A stretch of DNA of 64,000 nt from Acidimicrobiales bacterium (GTDB lineage: Bacteria; Actinomycetota; Acidimicrobiia; Acidimicrobiales; Bog-793). The DNA is taken from contig JBEKBI010000015.1 in NCBI GenBank assembly GCA_050015475.1, positions 182-64,181 of the forward strand, in the 5' to 3' direction. Under the pieces are notes generated by a model. The model was not told the origin of the DNA. It made no database searches and saw only the letters and a program-made list of their open reading frames with translations. Positions 37,414-46,949 of this stretch are shown here, in pieces (positions within the stretch are counted from its first letter, which is position 1; every line of letters begins with the position of its first letter). A program made the translations under genes and the position numbers.

Positions 37414-39719
37414 CGGCCGGTCGGCGCGGAGGCACCGCTCTTTCCGGGAACGAGGCGGTAGGCGTCGTAGACGCTGTCAAGAAGCCTCAGGTCCTCAAGG
37501 AGCGAGTCGAGGTGCTCAGGGTCCGCGAGCTCGAATTCGAAGCGCATGCGGCTCACCCTATCGGGCGTTGTATGCGTCGAGGAGGAGATGATGCTGACGT
37601 GGTGCTCCGAGAGCACCTTGGCCACATCGGCCAAAAGTCGGGAGCGATCGAGCGCCTTCACCTCGATGCCGGCCACGAATACCCCGGTGCGGTCCTCGTC
37701 CCATTCGACCTCGATGAGCCGCTCCTTCTCGTCACCGGCGAGCGCGATCGCGTTCGCGCAGTCCTCGCGGTGGATCGAGACACCGCGGCCGCGGGTGACG
37801 AATCCGATCACGCGGTCGCCGGGCACCGGAGTGCAGCAGCGGGACAGCCGCACCATGACGTCGTCGAGGCCCTCCACGTAAATGCCCGTCGAGGCGCGAC
37901 GGTGGCTGGGACGCCTGGGCTGGAGGGCGGTCGAAGGCAGCTGCTCCTCCCCCTCGCCGCCGCGCAGCTCACGTTCGATCCTTTGCACGAGGGCCTGGCC
38001 CGACAAACGGCCCTCGCCGAGGGCGACGTGAAGGGAGTCGAGGTCCGCGTAGCCCATCGACGCCGCCACGGTCTGCAGAGTGGGCGAGTTCTGCAGCTTC
38101 TGCACGGGCAGGCCGCCGCGCCGGAGCGCTCGCGCCAATTCCTCGCGGCCGTTCTCGATGGCATCCTCACGGCGCTCCCGGGAGAACCACTGCCGGATCT
38201 TGTTTCTGGCCCGCGGCGAGGCGACGATCTTGAGCCAGTCGCGAGATGGACCTGCCGCGGGCGACTTCGAGGTGACGACCTCGACGGTGTCGCCCGAATG
38301 CAACTTCGAGTCGAGCGGCACGAGGCGGTCGTTCACTCGTGCCCCCACGCAGTGGTGCCCGACCTCGGTGTGGATCGAATACGCGAAGTCGACCGGGGTC
38401 GCGCCTGCGGGCAAGGTGACGATCGCCCCCTTCGGGGTGAACACGTACACCTCGTCGTGCTCGAGATCGACCTTGAGCGTCTCCAGGAACTCGACGGGGT
38501 CCGGCGTCTCCCGCTCCCAGTCGACGATGCGCTGCAGCCAGGCGATCTCTGCGGTCGAGCGCGCCCCGTGGTGGGCCCCCTGGTTTGCCCCGCCTCCCTC
38601 TTTGTAGCCCCAGTGGGCGGCTATCCCGTACTCAGCGCGGCGGTGCATCTCATGGGTGCGGATCTGGATCTCGAGCGGCTTCACTCCGGGTCCGACGACC
38701 GAGGTGTGAAGCGACTGATAGAGGTTGAACTTCGGGGAGTTGATGTAGTCCTTGAAACGGCCCTGCACCGGCGGCCATAGGGAATGCACCGCCCCGAGCG
38801 CCGCCCAGCAGTCCTTCTCCGTGTTCACGATCACGCGGATGGCCACCAGGTCATGGATCTCGTCGAATTCCTTGCCCCGCACGACCATCTTCTCGTAGAT
38901 GCTCCAGAAGTGCTTCGGGCGCCCGGTTACCTCCGCCTCGATCCCGGCCTCGGCGAGGCCTGCCCTCACGAACTCGATCACCTCGGCCAACTCGCCCTCC
39001 CGTCGAGGGGCACGGGTGGCGACCATCTGCGCGATCTCCGCGAAGCGCTTCGGGTGAAGCGTCTCGAAGGCGAGATCCTCGAGCTGCCACTTGATCTCCT
39101 GGATCCCGAGGCGGTGCGCGACCGGCGCGTAGATGTCGCGGGTCTCCTCGGCCGTCCGGCGTTGCTTCCACTCCGGCATCACCGAGAGGGTCCGCATGTT
39201 GTGCAGCCTGTCGGCGAGCTTGATGACGAGCACACGCCAGTCGCTCGCCATGGCGACGAGCATCTTGCGCATGGTGGCGGCCTGCTGGGCCTCTCTCGAG
39301 TCGAAACGGAGCCTCTCGAGTTTCGTTACCCCGTCGACTATGCCGGCCACCGTCGATCCGAATTCCCTCTCGATGTCTGCGAGGGTCACCCCTGTGTCCT
39401 CGACGGCGTCGTGAAGCAGCGCCGCCGTCGCACTCACCGCGTCGAGGCCGAGGTCCGCGACGATCTTCGCGACCGCGACGGGGTGGCTGATGTAGGGCTC
39501 CCCCGAGATCCTACGTTGACCCTCATGGGCCTTGGTCGCGTAGGCATGCGCTCGACGCACAAGCTCGAGCTCCTCGGGCTCGCAGCGTTCGCTGAGGACT
39601 TCGAGCACCCCGTCGATCTCGCAGGTTGGAGGCGGGATGAGGTCACGGGCCGGATTCTCGGGCGGATTCTCCGGCGGCTCGGCGGCCGACCCAACCGGTA
39701 CGAGATCGACCTCTGACAT
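37410..39719 (-). CDS. relA: Bifunctional (p)ppGpp synthetase/hydrolase (RelA/SpoT homologue)
   Basis: HD hydrolase block HDAVEDT, synthetase block RPKHFWSIYEKM, then TGS and C-terminal ACT-like regions. 769 aa. Confidence 0.95.
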   Translation of the reverse strand: MSEVDLVPVGSAAEPPENPPENPARDLIPPPTCEIDGVLEVLSERCEPEELELVRRAHAYATKAHEGQRRISGEPYISHPVAVAKIVADLGLDAVSATAALLHDAVEDTGVTLADIEREFGSTVAGIVDGVTKLERLRFDSREAQQAATMRKMLVAMASDWRVLVIKLADRLHNMRTLSVMPEWKQRRTAEETRDIYAPVAHRLGIQEIKWQLEDLAFETLHPKRFAEIAQMVATRAPRREGELAEVIEFVRAGLAEAGIEAEVTGRPKHFWSIYEKMVVRGKEFDEIHDLVAIRVIVNTEKDCWAALGAVHSLWPPVQGRFKDYINSPKFNLYQSLHTSVVGPGVKPLEIQIRTHEMHRRAEYGIAAHWGYKEGGGANQGAHHGARSTAEIAWLQRIVDWERETPDPVEFLETLKVDLEHDEVYVFTPKGAIVTLPAGATPVDFAYSIHTEVGHHCVGARVNDRLVPLDSKLHSGDTVEVVTSKSPAAGPSRDWLKIVASPRARNKIRQWFSRERREDAIENGREELARALRRGGLPVQKLQNSPTLQTVAASMGYADLDSLHVALGEGRLSGQALVQRIERELRGGEGEEQLPSTALQPRRPSHRRASTGIYVEGLDDVMVRLSRCCTPVPGDRVIGFVTRGRGVSIHREDCANAIALAGDEKERLIEVEWDEDRTGVFVAGIEVKALDRSRLLADVAKVLSEHHVSIISSSTHTTPDRVSRMRFEFELADPEHLDSLLEDLRLLDSVYDAYRLVPGKSGASAPTGR

Positions 39720-39852
39720 AACTCAAATGTAGCCGGAAGCACGGACGTGATCGGCGACGTCAGCGCCCAGCTTCGGTCGCAGGCCATGGAACCTGCCGCC
39801 TTCACCGCCTCCAGTCGCCGCCTTCGCCGACGAGGCTCGCGAGGGCTGCGAA

Positions 39853-41175
39853 CTATCCGCGGTGGGTGACGGAAACAGGGACCGCGTCTGGCAATTCCTC
39901 CCCGAGCTTCGGTGCGGGCGACCGCAATAGCACGGCCCACGTCAACATGTCGACCGGGTAGATGAGATAGCCGAAGCGGGTTGCCGGCGCGATGAGCGTG
40001 GCCAACAAGAGGGCGGCTCCGCAGAAGGCCGTCGCGCTCTGGAGCGTCGTCGGCGTCCACCTCCACAGCCCATATCCCACTGCCGCCAACCCGATAACAG
40101 CGAGCATCGCCACAAGTTCAGGCTTTGCGGATGGGAACAGAGTCAGCAGCTCCTGACCGATAAGGGGGCTCGCGGCCGGCGACTTCACCTTTGTCAGACC
40201 AAGCGGGAAGCGGATCGCATTCAGGAAAAAGGCGTGCGGCGACAGCCCCACCCCTACGCCCATCACAGGGATCACGATGGCGGCGGCGGCGAACGCGTAA
40301 CGCAGGATCGCCCTACGTCCTTTGCTGTCCCGCTCACCGAGTGCCAAAAGGAGCAAAAGCGGCCAAGCAGTGAACTTGAGGCTGCCGGCCAAACCCATCG
40401 CCACGCCGGACCAGACAGGCTTTCTTCGCGTCGCGAGCGCAAGGCCGAGCAACAAAAGGGCAAGCACGGGCAGGTCGTCACCGCCCGTGACCATCGGCAG
40501 GGCCCCGCTCGGCAGCAGCACCACCACTTGGAAGATGCGCCACTTGCGCCGTGAGGTCGTGTCGGCGATGAGGAGCGCTCCGGCTATCACCAGCAGCGAG
40601 AAGCCCGTGAGGGGGACCCTCGCGTCCTTGAGCTCCCGTGGGCCGGAGGTGGCGTTGATCAATCCGAAGGGGATCATGCCCGGCAGATAAGGGAAGAAGG
40701 AGTCCTCCGACTGGGCCAGTTGCCCATTGCCGACCGTCCTCGGATCAGACAGGTAACAGTTCTTGTGGTGCGCGACACGGTCGCCGCAAGCCTCGATGAC
40801 GGGCACCTCGGGCTGCACGTGTGCGCCTGACCTCGAGTCAGCCGTCAGCGTCACCTCGACTGCAAGGGGTATGAGCACGACCGTGATGAGGAGCCCGACC
40901 ATGACCGCGGAACGCAGCCGGTCGCGGCCCCAAGCGGAGTCCTTAGTCCTATTCCGCACGCGCCGGCGCGCCACGAACCAGCAGATCCCCGCCGCGATGA
41001 GGTAGGGACCGATGGACATCTCCGCCCACTCGCGGTATCCGACGCTCACAGCCAAGGGGATCGTCCCCAGGGCGAACACGACGGCGAGCAGATAGAGCAA
41101 GGCGTCCTGTACGAGCACGGGGAGAGCCACGCATCGATCCCACCAGCGCCGTGCTGTGCCCGAGACAAAGGCCAT
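39853..41175 (-). CDS. Polytopic membrane protein, GT-C-like glycosyltransferase (DUF2029/GT87-like), tentative
   Basis: More than 10 TM segments with a loop containing FFPYLPGM. The assignment rests on topology and weak motif resemblance only. Confidence 0.4.
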   Translation of the reverse strand: MAFVSGTARRWWDRCVALPVLVQDALLYLLAVVFALGTIPLAVSVGYREWAEMSIGPYLIAAGICWFVARRRVRNRTKDSAWGRDRLRSAVMVGLLITVVLIPLAVEVTLTADSRSGAHVQPEVPVIEACGDRVAHHKNCYLSDPRTVGNGQLAQSEDSFFPYLPGMIPFGLINATSGPRELKDARVPLTGFSLLVIAGALLIADTTSRRKWRIFQVVVLLPSGALPMVTGGDDLPVLALLLLGLALATRRKPVWSGVAMGLAGSLKFTAWPLLLLLALGERDSKGRRAILRYAFAAAAIVIPVMGVGVGLSPHAFFLNAIRFPLGLTKVKSPAASPLIGQELLTLFPSAKPELVAMLAVIGLAAVGYGLWRWTPTTLQSATAFCGAALLLATLIAPATRFGYLIYPVDMLTWAVLLRSPAPKLGEELPDAVPVSVTHRG

Positions 41176-41408
41176 TCATCAGATCGTACCGGGCCTGTGA
41201 TAGCCGCCTACGGGCACCCGGCAGACGGACCCCACCAATTGCCGTGAAACCCGTATCCGGGCAAGGCCCTCACCTCGGTCTGCACCAGATTGGCCACTTC
41301 AAAGGTCGCAGGCGGTCGAGTTCGGCCTTCCCGTCGAGGCCCGCCAGGTCGAGTGATCGCCGAAAGCCCGCGGCCCTGGAACATGAGGGGACCTAAGCTG
41401 GCTTTGCC

Positions 41409-42935
41409 ATGCAACAACCTCCCGCCTGGCGCAGTTACTGGGTCGGCCTCGGCGTTCTCGCCGTCAGCTTCGGACTAGCGATCGCCGCGATGCTCCCCGT
41501 GCGGTCACATTTGAGCGTCGCTGCGGCTGCCCTCGTCCTGGTCGTGCCGGTCGTCGCCGGCGTGGTGTTCGGCGGGTCGCGAATCGGTCTGTTGGCCGCG
41601 CCCCTCGGCTTTTTGGTTCTCGACTTCGTGTTCATCCCGCCCTATTGGACCCTGTCGGTCGGCAGCGCCCAGAACTGGCTCGCCCTCGTCGTCTATGTCG
41701 CCGTCGCCCTGTTGTTGGCGAGCGTCGTCGCGCGCCTGCAGCAATTGCGCACCGAATCCGCCCGGCACGAGGCCGACTCGCGGCGGCTGCTCGATCTCTC
41801 CGAGCTTTTCGTCACCGACCGTCCGCTGCCGGAGATGCTCGCTGCCGTCGCCGCCTCCGTCCGCAGCGCCTTCGCCTTCGAGACGGTCGCTCTCTTGATG
41901 CCTTCAGCCGAGACGGGTTTGCTGGAGGTCGTTGCCTGCGACGGGCCTGAGCTCGAAGGCGAGTCGCTGGAGAGGATCCTCCCGAACCCAGGCACTCCGG
42001 TGTCTTTGACCGGGAGCGTCATCGCCGGCTCGATGCTGCGCCAGATTCCCCTCGCAGCGGCCGGGCGCCCCGTCGGGCTTCTCGTGTTGCGCGGGCGGGC
42101 TCTCGACGTCCACGATCGCGGACTGCTTCTCACCTACGCCAACCACGCGGCTCTCGCCATCGAACGCGCCCAGCTCCGTGACCAGGCGTTGAAGGCAGAC
42201 CTGCTGCAGAGCGTCGACGAGTGGCGGGCGGCCCTGCTGAGCACGGTCGCGCACGATCTGCGCACGCCGCTCGCCTCGATCAAGGTCGCTGTCTCCGACT
42301 TGAGAGAGCCCACGCTTTCCCTCTCCGACTCAGCGCGCCGCGACCTGTTGGAAACGATCGAGGAACAGACTGATCGGCTGACGCGCCTTGTAAGCACCGT
42401 GCTCGAGCTATGGCGACTCGAGGCCGGTGCGCTCAGACCGAGACGGGAGAGCGTGGACGTCGAGGATCTCCTCGACGAGGCCGCCGCCTTGGTGGAGCGA
42501 TCCGTTGACCCCTCGCGGCTGCGGCGAGCGATCGCGGACGATCTTCCGCCACTCGAAGCCGACCCCACCCTCATGGCTCAAGCGCTCGCGAACGTCTTGG
42601 AGAACGCCGCCAGGCACGGCCCGGCTGGGTCCGACATCGTCGTGGAGGCTGGGCGGCGCCGCGGATCGCCGGAGGAGATCGAGATAGCCGTCTCGGATTC
42701 GGGTCCCGGCGTCCCCCCGGATCAACGCGACGCCGTCTTCGAACTGTTTCATCGCTCGAGCGACGGCGGGCGGGCGGGTCTCGGACTCGCGATCGCGAAA
42801 GCGTTCGTGGAGGCCAACGACGGCCACATAGGCGTCGGCGCGGCGCGTGGAGGTGGAGCCCGCTTTGTCTTCACGGTGCCTGCCGCAAGCTCGACGGAGG
42901 AGCGAAAGGTGCCCGAGGAAGAGCTCCCCTCATGA
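41409..42935 (+). CDS. Sensor histidine kinase, short KdpD-type (DUF4118 membrane domain + GAF-like + HisKA/HATPase)
   Basis: Starts directly with a 4-TM DUF4118-like block. H-box VAHDLRTPLASI, N-box LENAARHG, and G-boxes DSGPGVP / GLGLAIAKAF. It lacks the N-terminal KdpD/Usp domains of full-length KdpD. Confidence 0.8.
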   Translation: MQQPPAWRSYWVGLGVLAVSFGLAIAAMLPVRSHLSVAAAALVLVVPVVAGVVFGGSRIGLLAAPLGFLVLDFVFIPPYWTLSVGSAQNWLALVVYVAVALLLASVVARLQQLRTESARHEADSRRLLDLSELFVTDRPLPEMLAAVAASVRSAFAFETVALLMPSAETGLLEVVACDGPELEGESLERILPNPGTPVSLTGSVIAGSMLRQIPLAAAGRPVGLLVLRGRALDVHDRGLLLTYANHAALAIERAQLRDQALKADLLQSVDEWRAALLSTVAHDLRTPLASIKVAVSDLREPTLSLSDSARRDLLETIEEQTDRLTRLVSTVLELWRLEAGALRPRRESVDVEDLLDEAAALVERSVDPSRLRRAIADDLPPLEADPTLMAQALANVLENAARHGPAGSDIVVEAGRRRGSPEEIEIAVSDSGPGVPPDQRDAVFELFHRSSDGGRAGLGLAIAKAFVEANDGHIGVGAARGGGARFVFTVPAASSTEERKVPEEELPS

Positions 42936-43624
42936 CGCGCATCCTCGTCATCGACGACGACCCCGCCCTGCTGCGGGCCATGCGCATCGGGCTCGAGGCG
43001 AGAGGCTTCGATGTCACCGTGGCCGACACCGCTGCCGAGGGCCTGTCGCGCGCCGCGCAGGCGACCCCTGACTTGATCGTGCTCGATCTCGGTCTTCCGG
43101 ACCTTGACGGGGTCGAGGTCTGCCGGCGCCTGCGGCAGTGGACTGAGGTGCCCGTAATCGTGCTCTCCGCGCTCGACAGCGAGGACCGGAAGGTGCTTGC
43201 CCTCGACTGCGGCGCGGACGACTACGTGACCAAGCCCTTCGGGATGCAGGAGTTCGAGGCCCGCATCCGCGTCGCTCTCAAACACAGTGCCGCCCGCAAC
43301 CTCTCTTTGGAGCAAGCAGCCTTCTCCGTGGGGCCAATTCGCGTCGAGATGAGCTCGCGCCTCGTCGAGGTCAACGGGAGGCCGGTCGAGCTCACGGCGA
43401 GGGAATTCGACCTTCTTGCCTATCTGGCCCGCAACGCAGGCAAGGTGTGCACCCACCGGACGATCCTGCAGGCGGTCTGGGGCCCTGCGTACGGAAGCGA
43501 GACGCAGTATCTACGCGTCTACGCCAATCGCCTGCGTCGCAAGCTCGGCGAATGCGGCCCGCTCTTGCGCACGAACCCGGGCGTTGGCTACCAGCTGGTC
43601 GACGAGCTGCCTAGTAGCCGCTGA
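42932..43624 (+). CDS. OmpR-family response regulator (KdpE-like)
   Basis: Receiver blocks ILVIDDDP and DLGLPDLDG, and a winged-helix block YLRVYANRLRRKL. The start forms an ATGA overlap with the kinase stop. Confidence 0.88.
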   Translation: MTRILVIDDDPALLRAMRIGLEARGFDVTVADTAAEGLSRAAQATPDLIVLDLGLPDLDGVEVCRRLRQWTEVPVIVLSALDSEDRKVLALDCGADDYVTKPFGMQEFEARIRVALKHSAARNLSLEQAAFSVGPIRVEMSSRLVEVNGRPVELTAREFDLLAYLARNAGKVCTHRTILQAVWGPAYGSETQYLRVYANRLRRKLGECGPLLRTNPGVGYQLVDELPSSR

Positions 43625-44012
43625 CCGGCGGCGCCGGTGGTGGTGGCGGCGGTGGTGGCGGCATGGAGCCGGGCCAGGAAGGCGCCCCGGGTGCCGGGTA
43701 CTGGCCGCCGCTCGGGCCGTAAGGCGAGTACGGCTGAGAGGACATTGGCGGCGGCGGGTAACCACCGCTCACCGGTCCGCGCCCCGCCTCCCGATAGCTC
43801 CTCAGCTCTTTGAGAATTGGCCAGTCCGCAAAGGCGAAGACCAAGAGCATCACGAAGCCCACAAACGGGATGAGCATCAAGAGCACCCACCAGCCCGAGT
43901 AACCGGTCTTCGTGAGCACCTTCACCGCCGCCACTATCCCGAGGACTATGAACACCAGATAGATGAGCAGGAATGCCGCAGCACCCCCACCCGCGGACCC
44001 GAGAATATGCAC
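43611..44012 (-). CDS. Small 2-3 TM membrane protein with Pro-rich C-terminal tail
   Basis: GTG 44012 is preceded by GGTGGAG. The hydrophobic core is GYSGWWVLLMLIPFVGFVMLLVF, and the tail ends ..MPPPPPPPPPAPPVSGY. No family name is asserted. Confidence 0.5.
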   Translation of the reverse strand: MHILGSAGGGAAAFLLIYLVFIVLGIVAAVKVLTKTGYSGWWVLLMLIPFVGFVMLLVFAFADWPILKELRSYREAGRGPVSGGYPPPPMSSQPYSPYGPSGGQYPAPGAPSWPGSMPPPPPPPPPAPPVSGY

Positions 44013-44179
44013 GACTCTCCACCTTTCACGGGTGCAGCCCTTGGCTTCGGAGTGCGACGCCAAGGAGCCGCCTCGTCGCCTGAGCGTAGATCGCTGGTGC
44101 GCCTGCCGCGGTGATCCGTGGTTCTGACACCAATGTCGCCGTCGCCTGGGCAAAGCTGGTCACCGAGAGAGGAGGCCCG

Positions 44180-44860
44180 ATGCTGGGGGTGGTCACCCCG
44201 GTGCCGTATCTTCTGGCGGTTGTGCTCGCGCTCGGCACGGGCGTTGCGCTCTGCGTGGGCGCGAGGCGCCGGCCGGGTCCGTGGACCACCGTCGCAGCTC
44301 GGGCCATCGCGGTCGTGCTCATTTCCGACGCATCTAGCTTCATCGCCACCGAGATCCTCGCCAGGACTTGGTCGCCGGCCACCGACCTTCCCTTCGCCCT
44401 ATGTGATGCGGCGGTTCTTGTGGCGGCCGCAGCCTTGTGGTTGAGAACGCCGGTGCTCGTGGAGCTCACCTACTTCTGGGGCTTGGCGGGGACGTTGCAG
44501 GCTGTCATCACGCCCGACTTGAACGCCGGCTTCCCGCACCTGATCTTCTTCCAGTACCTGGCCGGGCATCTCGGTATCGTGCTGGCCGCCTTCTATCTCG
44601 TCGTAGGGTTACGGATCGCGCCTCGTCCCGGATCAGTGCTGAAGACCTTCTCTATCACCCTCGCCTATTCCGCCTTTGTCGGAATCGTCGACGCCGTGAG
44701 CGGCGCCAACTACATGTTCCTCCGGCGCCCGCCCGGCAACTGGACTCTCCTCAACCTCCTCGGGCCCTGGCCTTGGTACATCGCGAGCGCGGCCGTGGTT
44801 GCGATCGTGCTATTTGCCGCGCTCAACCTGCCCTTCTTCCTCGCCCGTCGCCATGGCTGA
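44180..44860 (+). CDS. Integral membrane protein (TIGR02206/YwaF-like), tentative
   Basis: ATG 44180 is preceded by GGAGG with a 4-nt spacer. It has 6-7 TM segments and a FALCD...TLQAVITPDL block. Confidence 0.55.
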   Translation: MLGVVTPVPYLLAVVLALGTGVALCVGARRRPGPWTTVAARAIAVVLISDASSFIATEILARTWSPATDLPFALCDAAVLVAAAALWLRTPVLVELTYFWGLAGTLQAVITPDLNAGFPHLIFFQYLAGHLGIVLAAFYLVVGLRIAPRPGSVLKTFSITLAYSAFVGIVDAVSGANYMFLRRPPGNWTLLNLLGPWPWYIASAAVVAIVLFAALNLPFFLARRHG

Positions 44861-46157
44861 GCGCCACGGCACTGCCTCGTCGCCGGACGCGGGCTCAACC
44901 GGATCACCTCTCCACCTCCACGGCTGGCGCGAGCCGGTCGTGATCGGCGCCGCCCTGCTCGCCCTCGCCGCCGGTTTCGGCCAGTTCGGGGCAGTCGCCG
45001 CGCTTGGCGATGTCGCCAAGCAGCTCGGCCACATCACTCACGGGGCCACGATCGCCGACCAGGCGGGATTGTCTGGGACCAAGGTCGGCATCGGCTTGGC
45101 CGTGCTCCGTCTCGCATCTCTGGTCGGCTTGCCGCTGGCGGGCCTGGCGGACCGGTTCGGACGCCGGCGGATAATGCTCATCACTTGCGCGATCGGGCTC
45201 GCCATGACCGCCATGTCCGCCATCACCCCCAGCTACTGGTGGTTCGTGGCCATCTTCGCCCTCGGCCGCCCGTTCTTGAGCGCCACTTCAGGCGTCGCGC
45301 AGGTCACCGCCGCAGAGCAGACGGGGTCGTCGGAGCGCGCCAAGGCGATCGCTCTCATCGCCGCCGGCTACGGCATCGGGGCTGGGCTGATCGCGATCGT
45401 GCACAGCCTGGGCGCGGGAACCCTCGGCTTCCGCGGTGTCGTCGTACTGGCCGTCATCCCTCTCGTGGCCCTGCCTTTCATCTCGCGATGGATCGTCGAA
45501 CCCGACCGGTTCAAGATCGCGGCCGCCTCCGAGGATCACCCCCTCCCGGTGCTGGGCGCCATCGGCCCCCGCTTCAGGCGCAGGTTGCTGATAGTGGCGG
45601 CTTTGACGTTCGCCGGGTCCGTCGTGACCGGCCCCGCCAACAGCTTCTTCTTCCTTTACGCCGAGAACGTCATCCGCCTCTCCGGCTTAGTCACCGCTTT
45701 GGTCGTGGCGTGTGCGGGAGTCACCGGTCTTGTCGGTCTGCTCCTCGGACGATTCCTCGCTGACGAATTCGGGCGTCGGCCCACCGCCTGTGGCGCGATG
45801 GTCGCCCTGGCGCTGTTGGGCATGCTCACCTACAGCGGGTCGAGGCCGGGCGCTGTCGTCGGCTATCTGCTCGCCGTGCTCGCCGCTTCCGTCTTCGCTC
45901 CCGCGGCCGGCGCACTGGCGAACGAATTGTTCCCCACTTCGGTCCGGGCATCTGTCGCCGGGTGGCTGATAGCTGCGGGCGTGTTCGGCGCCACAGCTGG
46001 CCTGCTGGCCTTTGGGGCGGTCGCGGATGTCGGCAACCGGTTCGGACTGGCCGCCGTCATCGTCTTCGCTGCGACCATCCCCGCTCTCGCCCTGTTCCTC
46101 CTCCTTCCCGAGACACGGGGCAAGGAGCTCGAGGAGCTTTGGTCGAACGCCCGCTGA
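44853..46157 (+). CDS. MFS transporter
   Basis: 12 TM segments with a GLADRFGRRR loop 2-3 motif. The start is taken at ATG 44853, overlapping the previous gene by 8 nt. Confidence 0.8.
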   Translation: MAERHGTASSPDAGSTGSPLHLHGWREPVVIGAALLALAAGFGQFGAVAALGDVAKQLGHITHGATIADQAGLSGTKVGIGLAVLRLASLVGLPLAGLADRFGRRRIMLITCAIGLAMTAMSAITPSYWWFVAIFALGRPFLSATSGVAQVTAAEQTGSSERAKAIALIAAGYGIGAGLIAIVHSLGAGTLGFRGVVVLAVIPLVALPFISRWIVEPDRFKIAAASEDHPLPVLGAIGPRFRRRLLIVAALTFAGSVVTGPANSFFFLYAENVIRLSGLVTALVVACAGVTGLVGLLLGRFLADEFGRRPTACGAMVALALLGMLTYSGSRPGAVVGYLLAVLAASVFAPAAGALANELFPTSVRASVAGWLIAAGVFGATAGLLAFGAVADVGNRFGLAAVIVFAATIPALALFLLLPETRGKELEELWSNAR

Positions 46158-46203
46158 GCGCTGCGGGCGACCGACCGACATCGAGGGCCGAGAGAACCCT
46201 GGC

Positions 46204-46389
46204 TCACCGGGCGAAGAAGTGCCACCCCACCCAAAGCCAGGCGATCACGAGGCCCGCACGGCCGGCCAGGGAGGCCCGCGCCTCGTTGAGCAACAATCCG
46301 GCCGTCGGCCAGCCCCGCGCGAACACCCGGCCGGCGATCGCGCAACCGCACAGCACAGCTGCCGCACAAATCCAAGGGACAAAGCTCAT
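46204..46389 (-). CDS. Small (61 aa) 2-TM membrane protein
   Basis: ATG 46389 forms an ATGA overlap with the stop of the upstream membrane-protein ORF. Two hydrophobic segments are present. Confidence 0.4.
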   Translation of the reverse strand: MSFVPWICAAAVLCGCAIAGRVFARGWPTAGLLLNEARASLAGRAGLVIAWLWVGWHFFAR

Positions 46390-46829
46390 TTGCGCCACCC
46401 GGGGCGGGAGGCGAGCAAGAGGCCACATGCACCCCAGCAGACGAACGCCACTGCCCGCCCGATGTGATGCCCGTAACCGACTACTTCGTTTGCCATCGAA
46501 CTGAGCGTCGGATAAAGGCTCCTCGGGCTGTGGAACAGCTCCCACAACTCGACGCCGAGAGCGAGAAGGGCCCCGGCGGACCAGGCGATGATCCCCGGAA
46601 CCCGCAGCGAGAGGTCAGTCGCGTCCACTCGTCTCATCCCGCGACCAAGCTGAGTCGGCGCGTCGACGACGAAGAGCCCGGCGCGCCGTCTCCCCTCCAT
46701 CGTCGAAGCCGCGAGGAGCACCACCGCGCCCGCGGCGAGGGTGACGGCGCTCGACTCGACCCCGAAAGGTGGAATCGCAGCCACAAACCAGCCGCTGGCG
46801 CCAAGCGCGACAAGTGCGCCCACCACCAC
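46386..46829 (-). CDS. Hypothetical 4-TM membrane protein
   Basis: 147-aa ORF with four hydrophobic stretches. No family was recognised. Confidence 0.45.
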   Translation of the reverse strand: MVVGALVALGASGWFVAAIPPFGVESSAVTLAAGAVVLLAASTMEGRRRAGLFVVDAPTQLGRGMRRVDATDLSLRVPGIIAWSAGALLALGVELWELFHSPRSLYPTLSSMANEVVGYGHHIGRAVAFVCWGACGLLLASRPGWRK

Positions 46830-46949
46830 GATCTTCCGCCGGGGCGAATACCGGTTCCTCGTGATCGCAAGCCTGCCGCGTCGCCGAAGGCTTCGCGCGG
46901 GTTTACCCGCGGCTCTTCCTGGTCAGGTAGCCCCCGGGCCCTACGGCGC

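Noticed and set aside
41176-41408. Possible c-di-AMP (ydaO/kimA-type) riboswitch upstream of the KdpD-like kinase
   Set aside because: An isolated GGGGACC and GUGAAAC were seen, but neither strand has the pseudo-symmetric ydaO architecture or its conserved ACGGGGUGAAUC/CCGAA segments.
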